NCBI GenBank assembly: GCA_903858755.1 | Contig: CAIOKC010000027.1 | Coordinates: forward strand, 2,192 to 66,191 | DNA from: an uncultured bacterium | GTDB taxonomy: Bacteria; Patescibacteriota; Minisyncoccia; Phycocordibacterales; UBA2100 | Direction: 5' to 3' | Length of the DNA stretch: 64,000 nt | In this document: positions 37,655 through 46,288 of the stretch, piece after piece | Position numbering within the stretch: position 1 is the stretch's first letter | Layout of the letters: every line of letters starts with the position of its first letter | The notes under the pieces: model-generated | The model's input: the letters and a program-made list of their open reading frames with translations, nothing else | Told to the model about the DNA's origin: nothing | Databases searched by the model: none | Made by a program: the position numbers and the translations under genes

Positions 37655-38416
37655 TCAGTATACCAGCTTGAGCTCCCCCCTCTTTTGCACAGTGGCGACT
37701 AGCGCGCAGTGATCAGAGACCCCCGGGACCATGCGCACATGAGACACGCGGTAGCCCGGAGTAGAAAACATGCCGTCGACCATCTTGTCGGCAAGTTCGT
37801 GGGGGCGATCCTTCCCCGCTCTATGCAGATCGAGATCAAGGCTCGTCGCATACTGAGGAGGCACGTTGTCGTGGTATGTCTCCAAAAGCATGGAAAAGAT
37901 CTCTCCCCCACGAGGCGCATTGAAATCACCGCAGAGCACAAGCTCTCCGAAAGGCTGGAGAATCTCGAGCAGCTTCCTCATGGAAATTCGCTGAAGGTCG
38001 GTCGCTTGCCCGCGCTCCGACCAGACGAAGTGCGTCGCAGCGATGCGAAATGCCTCTTCCTCGCCCACCTCGACGACGACCACCGCGTGATTCCCGCATG
38101 TATCGGGAAGCTCTTCTCTCGGGATAACCGCAGGATCTCCCACGTAGTAGTGGATATTCTGCGTGGCGATGGGAAGCTTCGAGAAGACCGCTTGCCCGAT
38201 GACCGCTTTGAAGCCATCCGAGCGATGCTTGATAGCGGGAGCAAATACATACGTATCCGAAAACAGCTTCGCAAATATCTGGACATCGGGCTCGCGCACT
38301 TCTTGCAGGCAGAGCACGTCTGGCTTCTCTGCGATCACGAAGGGCACCACTCGATCGAGGTGGAGATCCCGCTCGATATTGATAGACACCAGCTTGATCG
38401 AAGCGCGAGTATTCAT
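37655..38416 (-). CDS. Endonuclease/exonuclease/phosphatase family protein
   Basis: LCLQEV, CGDFN, SDH. Confidence 0.88.
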   Translation of the reverse strand: MNTRASIKLVSINIERDLHLDRVVPFVIAEKPDVLCLQEVREPDVQIFAKLFSDTYVFAPAIKHRSDGFKAVIGQAVFSKLPIATQNIHYYVGDPAVIPREELPDTCGNHAVVVVEVGEEEAFRIAATHFVWSERGQATDLQRISMRKLLEILQPFGELVLCGDFNAPRGGEIFSMLLETYHDNVPPQYATSLDLDLHRAGKDRPHELADKMVDGMFSTPGYRVSHVRMVPGVSDHCALVATVQKRGELKLVY

Positions 38417-40068
38417 TTCCCACTCCGGCTGATTGCAGCCCTGATGAATGCGGTGAAAAGCGGATGCGGTGAAAGCGGACGCGCTTTCAGCTCGGGATGG
38501 AATTGCGTCCCCACGTAGAAAGGATGCACCGATTTCGGGAGCTCGGCGATTTCCTTCAGGTCACCCTCCGTCCATCGACCGGAAAAAACGAGTCCTTTCT
38601 CCTCAAGCTCTTGTACGTACTTCGGATTGATCTCGTAGCGGTGGCGGTGGCGCTCGGACACCTCAGCTACGCCGTATGCATCGCGAACCACGCTTCCCTC
38701 CGAAAGCGCGCAGGGATACGCGCCGAGGCGCATCGAGCCGCCGTAATCCTTGCGCGCCAATCTCTCGCGCTGCTCGGGAAGGATATCGATGACGGGATAC
38801 GGAGTGTCTTGATTGATCTCGGTAGTATTCGCGCCCTCCATACCCGCGACATGGCGGGCATACTCGATGACGAGCATGTGGAGTCCGTAGCACAGACCGA
38901 AGTACGGTATCGCGTGCTCTCGCGCATACTGCGCCGCGCGGATCTTCCCTTCGATACCCGTCTCGCCGAAACCGCCCGGCACGATGATGCCGTCGTATGC
39001 GCCAAGCTCCTCGATGGGCAGCGCTCCGCTTTGGATATCTTTCGCATTGATCCAATCGATCTCCGCTTTCGCGTCTTCCGCGTATGCGGAGAATTTGATC
39101 GCCTCGATGACCGAGAGGTACGCATCGGAGAGTACAAAATCGCCCGTATCAAAATACTTGCCGACGATGCCGATCTTCACTTTTGTGCCGCCGTTGTGCG
39201 CGCGCTTCGCAAAATCTTTCCAGTCGGACAGATCGACCGGTTTCTTCGCTTCAAGGTCGAGGATTTCGAGGAATACGTCGGAGAGCTTATCGCGCTCGAA
39301 ATTGAGGGGCACGTCGTAGATCGAATCCACATCGGGAGCGGAGATGATGTGCTCCGGGCGCACGCTGCAGGATATCGCGAGCTTGTCCTTGCGCTTCTGA
39401 TCGAGCGAATGCGCCGAGCGCGCGATGATGATATCGGGCTGTACGCCATATGAATTCAATTCTCGCACCGCGCTTTGCGTCGGCTTGGTCTTCATTTCGC
39501 CGAGCGTGCCGGGGATCGGCAGGTAGGACACCATGACAAAAAGCACGTCATCGGGATACTCGAGCTTCATCACGCGCGCCGCGTCGAAATACAACGCATT
39601 CTGGAAATCGCCGACCGTGCCTCCCACTTCGACGACGGTGATGTCTGTCTTGCCGAGCTCTGCGGATTTCTTGATGCGCTCGATGATCTGGTCGCGCACG
39701 TGCGGAATCGCCTCCACGCATTTGCCTTCGTACCCGAGATTGCGCTCTCGCGCGATGACCGAAGCATACACCATGCCGCTCGTCATATAATCCTCGGGTC
39801 CGAGATCGCGGCCCAAGAAGCGTTCATAATTGCCCATATCCTGATCGGTCTCAAGACCGGAATCGAGCACGAACACTTCGCCATGCTCCGTCGGATTCAT
39901 GGTACCCGCATCTACATTGAGGTACGGATCGATCTTCATCAGATTCACGCTGAGCCCGCGCGCCGCGAGCACCTTGCCGATTGATGCCGAGGCGACGCCT
40001 TTGCCGACGCCCGACATGACGCCTCCCACAACAAAAATATACGTATGACCTGAGCGCGCACGTCTCAT
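38413..40068 (-). CDS. pyrG: CTP synthase
   Basis: GGVMSGVGKG, DPYLNVDAGTM, GLCYG, QFHPE. Confidence 0.97.
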   Translation of the reverse strand: MRRARSGHTYIFVVGGVMSGVGKGVASASIGKVLAARGLSVNLMKIDPYLNVDAGTMNPTEHGEVFVLDSGLETDQDMGNYERFLGRDLGPEDYMTSGMVYASVIARERNLGYEGKCVEAIPHVRDQIIERIKKSAELGKTDITVVEVGGTVGDFQNALYFDAARVMKLEYPDDVLFVMVSYLPIPGTLGEMKTKPTQSAVRELNSYGVQPDIIIARSAHSLDQKRKDKLAISCSVRPEHIISAPDVDSIYDVPLNFERDKLSDVFLEILDLEAKKPVDLSDWKDFAKRAHNGGTKVKIGIVGKYFDTGDFVLSDAYLSVIEAIKFSAYAEDAKAEIDWINAKDIQSGALPIEELGAYDGIIVPGGFGETGIEGKIRAAQYAREHAIPYFGLCYGLHMLVIEYARHVAGMEGANTTEINQDTPYPVIDILPEQRERLARKDYGGSMRLGAYPCALSEGSVVRDAYGVAEVSERHRHRYEINPKYVQELEEKGLVFSGRWTEGDLKEIAELPKSVHPFYVGTQFHPELKARPLSPHPLFTAFIRAAISRSGK

Positions 40069-40080
40069 AAGCCTAGGATA

Positions 40081-41010
40081 TCACGTCCGCAGGTAGCGGC
40101 GGACGGCGAGATAGCTGGACAACGCGCCGAGAGCGATGCCAGAGCCCATGACGACGAGGAAAAAGAGCGGGAACGACCCGAGGTAGTAGCTTGCGACGTT
40201 GAATGTACCCAGGAAACGCTCTGAGCCCGGTCCGAGCCAGAGGGTCAATGGATAGAGTATGAGCAATACCACCGCTGCGGAGACCACCCCATAGAGGACG
40301 CCCGCGATCATAAAAGGACCGCGGACATACCAGTGGGAAGCCCCCACAAGATTCATCACGCCGATCTCGTCGCGCGTAGTGTAGATCGCGAGGCGGATGG
40401 TATTAAACGCGATAAGCAGGGTCGCGAGCCCGAATATGATGGCAAGACCGATGCCAAGGCTGCGAGCAGTCTCGATGATGGTGGTGAGCCGGTCGATCGC
40501 GGTCTTGTTCTGGTAGAAATTCACCTTGTCGATACCGGTCGAGGCGCTTGTGCCGGACTCTTGCTGCGTCTCCAGATACTTCGCGATCGCCTCGTATTGC
40601 GAAGTCTGCTTCGCGCGGATTTCGAGGGAAGCGCCGAGCGGATTCTCCCCCAATTCCTGCAGCGCCTGCATCGTGAGCTGATCGTTTTTGTGGCGCTCCT
40701 CGAAATCCGCGAGCGCTTCTTCCCGCGAGACGAACGAGACCGAAGCGACTTCGGGAAGCGCTTCGAGCGATGTCCTCACCTGCGCGATCTGCTCTTCGGT
40801 CGCACCTGTCGTGAAGTACACCGTGACGTCGACCTTGTCGGTCAATTGCTTGAGCACGGAATTGAGCGCGGCGCCGGAGATCAAGAGACTCGCAACGACA
40901 AAGAGTGTGATCGTCATGATAAGCACCGCCGCGAGTGAGACGAATCCATTGCGGATGAAACCGACAAGCCCGTACCTTGCCACCCTCTTCGTTGTTGTCC
41001 ACCATGTCAT
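40081..41010 (-). CDS. ftsX: Cell division permease FtsX
   Basis: FNTIRLAIY..R.EI.VM.LVGAS...VRGPF. Confidence 0.92.
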   Translation of the reverse strand: MTWWTTTKRVARYGLVGFIRNGFVSLAAVLIMTITLFVVASLLISGAALNSVLKQLTDKVDVTVYFTTGATEEQIAQVRTSLEALPEVASVSFVSREEALADFEERHKNDQLTMQALQELGENPLGASLEIRAKQTSQYEAIAKYLETQQESGTSASTGIDKVNFYQNKTAIDRLTTIIETARSLGIGLAIIFGLATLLIAFNTIRLAIYTTRDEIGVMNLVGASHWYVRGPFMIAGVLYGVVSAAVVLLILYPLTLWLGPGSERFLGTFNVASYYLGSFPLFFLVVMGSGIALGALSSYLAVRRYLRT

Positions 41011-41019
41011 ATCCTCATT

Positions 41020-41703
41020 TTACAGTACGTATTTGCCCTGCTTGTCGTCGCGGACGATGCGGCCTTGATCCATGGTGACCACGCGTCGACCGATCGAATC
41101 CACCACCGATTTATTGTGCGTGGTAAGGAGGACGGTCGTACCGAGATCGTTGATCTTCTTCAGAATCTCGACGACGTCGTGGGCATTGATAGGATCAAGA
41201 TTGCCGGTAGGCTCGTCGGCGATCAAGACATCGGGCTGATTGACGATCGCGCGAGCGATCGCGACGCGCTGCTGCTCGCCGCCGGAGAGCTCGCGCGGGA
41301 AATTCCAGATCTTGTCGGCAAGACCGACCAAATCGAGCACGTGCGGGACGTCGCCGCGGATGTCTTCATCGGATTTCCCGGCGACTTCAAGCGCAAACGC
41401 GATGTTTTCATACACGTTCTTCGTCGGAATAAGCCGGAAATCCTGGAAGACTGTCCCGATATTGCGACGAAGCTCGAGCAGATCCTTGCTTTTGAGCTGG
41501 GGTATCTCGCGAGAGCCGAAATACACCGTGCCTTCCGTCGGGAGGACTTCGGCAAATAGCATTTTGAGAAGCGTGGTCTTGCCCGCGCCCGAATGACCGA
41601 CAATGGAGACGAATTCGCCCGGATCGATGCCGAGCGTTATATCTTGCACCGCGGGCGAGACGCCCTCGAAATACACCTTGGTCACCTTGTCGAAATAAAT
41701 CAC
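41020..41703 (-). CDS. ftsE: Cell division ATPase FtsE
   Basis: GHSGAGKT, VFQDFRL, LSGGEQQR, ADEPTGNLD. Confidence 0.93.
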   Translation of the reverse strand: MIYFDKVTKVYFEGVSPAVQDITLGIDPGEFVSIVGHSGAGKTTLLKMLFAEVLPTEGTVYFGSREIPQLKSKDLLELRRNIGTVFQDFRLIPTKNVYENIAFALEVAGKSDEDIRGDVPHVLDLVGLADKIWNFPRELSGGEQQRVAIARAIVNQPDVLIADEPTGNLDPINAHDVVEILKKINDLGTTVLLTTHNKSVVDSIGRRVVTMDQGRIVRDDKQGKYVL

Positions 41704-41711
41704 GAGCTCAA

Positions 41712-42608
41712 TTATACCCGATTCGCGGAGGCATCCAAATCCTTTTCCGCATCGACGAACGACTGTATGTCTCCGCCGAGCACCTTTTCGATATCGCGGC
41801 GCTCATGATCGGTGCGATGATCTTTCACCAGCTGGTATGGGTGGAGGACATAGGAACGTATCTGGCTCCCCCATTCGATCTTGGTCGACGCACCACTTGA
41901 AAGACCCCGCGACTCTTGCGCCTGCGCCGCTTCCTTCATCTGGAAGAGCTTGCCGCGTATCATTTCGAGCGCTTTTTCCTTGTTTTGCGCTTGGGAGCGC
42001 TCCGATGTGACGTGCACACTGATTCCGGTCGGCGTATGCGTCATGCGCACCGCCGTGTCGCGCTTGTTGACGTTCTGACCGCCGGGACCGCCGCTCCTCG
42101 CCACCGTTATCTCAAGATCGCTCTCCGGGATGTGCGTCTCCCCGACATCGGGCAACCTCGGCAAGACCTCGACAAGGGAGAACGACGTCTGGCGCTTCCC
42201 CGCCGAATTAAAAGGCGACATGCGGACGAGGCGGTGCACGCCGCTTTCTTTTTTCAATGCACCGTACGCGCCGCTCCCGACGACGTCGAACGAAATGCTC
42301 CGATACCCGCCCATTGAATTCTGATTGGAGGAAAGCAGAGCTATGTTCCATCCCCGACCAGTCGCGTATTTTCCATACATCTCAAAAAGCATGCGCGAAA
42401 AATCCTCCGCATCATCTCCCCCCGCGCCGGACACAATGGAAATAATCGCATCGCTCGCGTCGTGCCCGCCCCCGCCCGCAAGCCGGGCTTTGAGACTCTG
42501 GTACTCTCGGAGAGTAGCCTGTGCCTTCTCTTTGTCGCTCCAAAAGTCGGCAGATGTCATTGCTGCTTCTATTTCGAGTATGCGCTTTTCAGCGTTTGCC
42601 TTGTCCAT
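41712..42608 (-). CDS. prfB: Peptide chain release factor 2 (short, no frameshift)
   Basis: SPF specificity motif, [12 protein letters not shown]. Confidence 0.93.
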   Translation of the reverse strand: MDKANAEKRILEIEAAMTSADFWSDKEKAQATLREYQSLKARLAGGGGHDASDAIISIVSGAGGDDAEDFSRMLFEMYGKYATGRGWNIALLSSNQNSMGGYRSISFDVVGSGAYGALKKESGVHRLVRMSPFNSAGKRQTSFSLVEVLPRLPDVGETHIPESDLEITVARSGGPGGQNVNKRDTAVRMTHTPTGISVHVTSERSQAQNKEKALEMIRGKLFQMKEAAQAQESRGLSSGASTKIEWGSQIRSYVLHPYQLVKDHRTDHERRDIEKVLGGDIQSFVDAEKDLDASANRV

Positions 42609-42609
42609 G

Positions 42610-42682
42610 AGCCGCCTCGGAGATTCGAACTCCGGACCTACCCCTTACGAAGGGGTTGCTCTACCAGCTGAGCTAAGGCGGC
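42610..42682 (-). tRNA. tRNA-Thr(CGT)
   Basis: GCCGCCT acceptor; ACCCC-TTCGTAA-GGGGT. Confidence 0.95.
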
Positions 42683-42751
42683 GATGCGCTAAGAATATAC
42701 CACAGGATTGCTGGCTTTGGGTGGAGCCGCGCCGCCCGCGCATTCGCCTGC

Positions 42752-43018
42752 CTACCGGCTCATACTATCGCCCTTCATCATCTTGTCTCCTTCGTTTGTC
42801 ATCACCCCATCTTTCTCCATCATCGCGCCATCTTTCATCATATTCTCTCCTTCGTTCGCCATCGTCCCGTCTTTCTCCATCATCGTGTCGCCCTTCATCA
42901 TCTTGTCCTCTTTTGTATTCATAGCAAAGGAAAGTATTCCTACTGCCAATACTGTGAGCATTGCCAAGAGCGCCACCCACCACACAGAACCCTTTTTGTC
43001 CTCCATGATTGTTTCCAT
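42752..43018 (-). CDS. Small Met-rich exported protein (MxKD-type repeats)
   Basis: TM/signal followed by MMKGD/MMEKDG repeats. Confidence 0.75.
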   Translation of the reverse strand: METIMEDKKGSVWWVALLAMLTVLAVGILSFAMNTKEDKMMKGDTMMEKDGTMANEGENMMKDGAMMEKDGVMTNEGDKMMKGDSMSR

Positions 43019-43072
43019 ACTTTTTACGAGTTTGATTAGTACTGTTAGTAATATGTAAAGTCTACTTTACAT

Positions 43073-44140
43073 TTACCCAAACGTAAAGGCATACGCCTCA
43101 AGACCGGGGCTGTGGATACGCACTTCGAGCGTATGCGCGCCCGCCGCCGCCCCGGATACAAGCGTGTACAGCGTATTCGGTCGTATCGTCTGTGTATTCG
43201 CGTATTTTCCGTCGACAAACACGCTGATTTCGACCGGTTTTTCCGCCCCAGCGACGAAATACACGTCCGCAGCGTCAAATCGGTATACGATCCTTGCGTC
43301 TACCCCGACGTTTTTTGCGTACTCGCTCGTGATCTCCCACGTCCCTTCGAGGTACAGCGTGTCCATCTGCGCCGTTTGCGGAGCGGTGAGCACCTGTGTT
43401 CCGCGCGACCCTCTCGTGCCGTTGCCGAGATACTCGTTCCGGTCGGAGCCGAAATAGGTCTCTGGACTGCGCGCACTGACCCGTACCCGCGCGACCGCAT
43501 CCACGGCGAGTCCGTCGTGCACTCCCATTTCTTCGCCCAACACTTGCGCGCGCTCGGCCAACAGCTCGCGGATGTTCGCCTCGGTTTCCTCGTATGCGCC
43601 TTCGCCGATGTGGTCGTAGACGACATTGCCATGGATATCTATCAAGTATTTCCTCGGCCAGTAGCGATTGCCGTACGCGTTCCATGTCGCATAGTCATTG
43701 TCCAAGACGATCGGATGGGTGATGCCAAACTTCTGCATCGCCTCGCGCACAGTATTGATATCTTTCTCAAACGCGAACTCGGGCGTGTGGATGCCGATAA
43801 TGAGGAGCCCCTGGTCGCGGTATTTCTCGTCCCACGCGTTCAGGTACGGGAATGTCCGCTGGCAATTTATACAGCTGTAGGTCAGAAAATCGAGAAGGAT
43901 TACTTTCTTTCCGATAAACTGCCCGATGGTTATTGGATCGGTGTTGACGAAGCCGGACGGATCGACGATTTCTTTGTATGGTTCGCCGCTCCGTTTCATC
44001 ACGTCCATCGTTTGCGGAGGGCACGACCCGCTCGCTTCGCATATCGCCACCTTGCCTCCCGGCAACAACAAGAACGCAAGTCCTGCTCCGACGAGGACCA
44101 CCAACACTGCGCCGATTGTGTATACCTCTTTCATACTCAT
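43073..44140 (-). CDS. DipZ-like thioredoxin (redoxin plus C-terminal beta domain)
   Basis: TYSCINC, HTPEFAFEK, YWP, SPETY.G. Confidence 0.88.
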   Translation of the reverse strand: MSMKEVYTIGAVLVVLVGAGLAFLLLPGGKVAICEASGSCPPQTMDVMKRSGEPYKEIVDPSGFVNTDPITIGQFIGKKVILLDFLTYSCINCQRTFPYLNAWDEKYRDQGLLIIGIHTPEFAFEKDINTVREAMQKFGITHPIVLDNDYATWNAYGNRYWPRKYLIDIHGNVVYDHIGEGAYEETEANIRELLAERAQVLGEEMGVHDGLAVDAVARVRVSARSPETYFGSDRNEYLGNGTRGSRGTQVLTAPQTAQMDTLYLEGTWEITSEYAKNVGVDARIVYRFDAADVYFVAGAEKPVEISVFVDGKYANTQTIRPNTLYTLVSGAAAGAHTLEVRIHSPGLEAYAFTFG

Positions 44141-44859
44141 TGGACTTTTTGCAAGAGCGCCTGTTCGACCTCGGTACTGTCAAAGCCGCTGTCGAGAAGT
44201 CGCGCTTCCAGTTTCTTTTCGTACCCTGTCGCTACCAGCAAACCCAAAACGACAAACGCGACGCCGATGGTGCGCTTCACCGTACCGCGCGAATCAGCCA
44301 CCGAGGACAGCCGATCGGCAAAACGCTGACCGAGAAGTGCGATGAGGAGCAGGATGAGGGAGAGACCGAATACATACGCGAGAAGGTACAGCGTGCCAAG
44401 CGCAAACGATACCGGGAGCACGGAAGCGAGAATGACGAAATAGGTCGGCGAACAGGTGGAAAAGACCGGACCAAGCGCCGCGCCGATAATCACATCGCCG
44501 AGAGGGCTCTTGTTCTTATACCCTGCCCCCACCAGCGTATGCGAACCCACCGAGAGCTTGGCAATTCCCGGCATCTTTTCCCAGAGTACGGGAAAGACGA
44601 GCGAGAGACCGAACAGCATGAGAATGCCGCCTGAAAGATACGCCCACAATTCCGGCGGCATCATCACGAACGCCGTAGATACTTTAAGGAGGTAGGTGAA
44701 TAGTACGACGGAGACGGCAAGGGAGCCGACGACGATGTACGGTGTACATGTGCTTCTTCCCGAAGCCGACGAACCGACAACGACTGGCAAGATCGGCAAG
44801 ACGCACGGCGCAAGAACCGTGAGTACCCCCGCAATGAACGAAACAATAAGAAATGCCAT
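44137..44859 (-). CDS. CcdA/DsbD-beta family membrane electron transporter
   Basis: APCVLP and STCSP cysteines; multiple TMs. Confidence 0.88.
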   Translation of the reverse strand: MAFLIVSFIAGVLTVLAPCVLPILPVVVGSSASGRSTCTPYIVVGSLAVSVVLFTYLLKVSTAFVMMPPELWAYLSGGILMLFGLSLVFPVLWEKMPGIAKLSVGSHTLVGAGYKNKSPLGDVIIGAALGPVFSTCSPTYFVILASVLPVSFALGTLYLLAYVFGLSLILLLIALLGQRFADRLSSVADSRGTVKRTIGVAFVVLGLLVATGYEKKLEARLLDSGFDSTEVEQALLQKVQ

Positions 44860-44916
44860 GCCTCCAGTGTAGAGGATATCGCGGACAATGTAAAGCCGGT
44901 TTTACACAGCGCTGCG

Positions 44917-45288
44917 CTACTGATAGCGGTCGGAGTAGAAATGCGCGACGACTTTTGCAACGACCATGGCACCGAGCGTTATCAAAATCCACGGATCTAT
45001 CGCATGAGCGAGACCTTGTACGATAAGCGCAAGGGTGAGGGCGGCAATACCCGCGAGATACGAGATGCGCCCGGCATTGAGGCGATGCAGGAGGTCGCGC
45101 TCATCGCCGCCGTTCTCTTGCATAACGAACCCGGCAAACATAATGAGAAGCACTGTCGCGGCAAGCAACGCTACCATAGCGCCCATCGGCGGCATCCAGC
45201 CAAGCGGATCGGCGAGGAGCACGAGCAGCACCGCGAGCGACAGCGTGATGAAGTACGGACTGACTGTATCAAATAGTTTATTTCTCAT
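44917..45288 (-). CDS. Small membrane protein (DUF2178-like)
   Basis: Four TMs; DER motif. Confidence 0.65.
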   Translation of the reverse strand: MRNKLFDTVSPYFITLSLAVLLVLLADPLGWMPPMGAMVALLAATVLLIMFAGFVMQENGGDERDLLHRLNAGRISYLAGIAALTLALIVQGLAHAIDPWILITLGAMVVAKVVAHFYSDRYQ

Positions 45289-45490
45289 GGCGGATTTTGA
45301 ATGCGTCCTCGACGCCGACCTTAAACACATTGGCAATCTTAAGCGCCAGCAGAACGGACGGCGTGTAATTCCCTCGCTCGATCGAGATGATCGTCTGCCG
45401 CGAGACGCCGACGCGCTCCGCCAACCCTTCCTGCGTCATTCCCCTATTTGTGCGAAGCGTGTGCACGGTACTTGAAATATATTCTGCCAT
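45278..45490 (-). CDS. XRE-family HTH regulator
   Basis: MTQE.LAE.VGVSRQTI.SIE.G.Y.PS. Confidence 0.9.
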   Translation of the reverse strand: MAEYISSTVHTLRTNRGMTQEGLAERVGVSRQTIISIERGNYTPSVLLALKIANVFKVGVEDAFKIRHEK

Positions 45491-45499
45491 GGGAGCATC

Positions 45500-45886
45500 T
45501 TACTTTTTACTCTCATCAGACGCTAAGTCAAGGCATACGGAGTTGAGGCAGTAGCGTTTGCCGGTGTCCGTCGGACCGTCATCAAAGACGTGCCCAAGAT
45601 GCGAGTCGCAGGTCGCGCAAATAATCTCAGTGCGGCGCATTCCGTGGCTCGTGTCCGCGAGCTCGCGGACGCTCCCCGGGAGCGCCTGATCGAAAGACGG
45701 CCAGCCCGTCCCTGAATCAAACTTCGCGTCCGAGCCGAAAAGCGGAGCGCCGCACACCTTGCAGTTGTAGGTACCGCTCCTTTTTTCATGCAGAAGTTTC
45801 CCCGAGAATGGCGCTTCGGTACCTTTTTCACGCAAGACGCGATATTCCTCCGCCGTCAGTGTATGTTTGAGCTCCTCTTCGTCCAT
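45500..45886 (-). CDS. msrB: Methionine-R-sulfoxide reductase
   Basis: [27 protein letters not shown], two CxxC. Confidence 0.95.
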   Translation of the reverse strand: MDEEELKHTLTAEEYRVLREKGTEAPFSGKLLHEKRSGTYNCKVCGAPLFGSDAKFDSGTGWPSFDQALPGSVRELADTSHGMRRTEIICATCDSHLGHVFDDGPTDTGKRYCLNSVCLDLASDESKK

Positions 45887-45914
45887 GAGACTATGTTACC
45901 AGCTGCGCGGAAGC

Positions 45915-45934
45915 CCTGCCTACCGGCAGGCAGG
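45915..45934. repeat. REP-like imperfect palindrome CCTGCCTACCGGCAGGCAGG
   Basis: Partial second copy at 42747-42758. Confidence 0.6.
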
Positions 45935-46288
45935 CGTAGCCGCCGCGACTCTGGCACATTGCATTCCAGGATTCGGTTGCTCTAAGCCGTAGCCGCCGCA
46001 TCGCCAAAGATTTCAGAACTATCATATCAAAACGAAAGACCCCTTGGATTCCGGCATAGTGCCAGAGTGTCCAAGGGGACAATGCGCCCGCCGAGGGCGG
46101 GCGCACAAAGTTGCAATCGGTCAGTTGCGGGAGCCAAGCCGGACGCCATCGCGCCAATCGTCGTCGAGTGGCCACGTGTAGACGTTCCACTCACCGCAAA
46201 TATTTGATTGCTTCTTGGTGCTTGCCAGCGTTCCGCAAGTCGTCGGCAATATTCATCATCCCCTGAGCTTCGATGTCTCGCATATCGA

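Noticed and set aside
42760-42915. Tandem repeats as a CRISPR array
   Set aside because: They are degenerate in-frame coding repeats of the Met-rich protein; there are no unique spacers and no cas genes in the window.
46100-46145. att site or recombinase remnant (GGGAGCCA, WLP) at the left end of the island
   Set aside because: Too short, and it does not match the 3' end of tRNA-Thr(GGT) or any other tRNA in the window.
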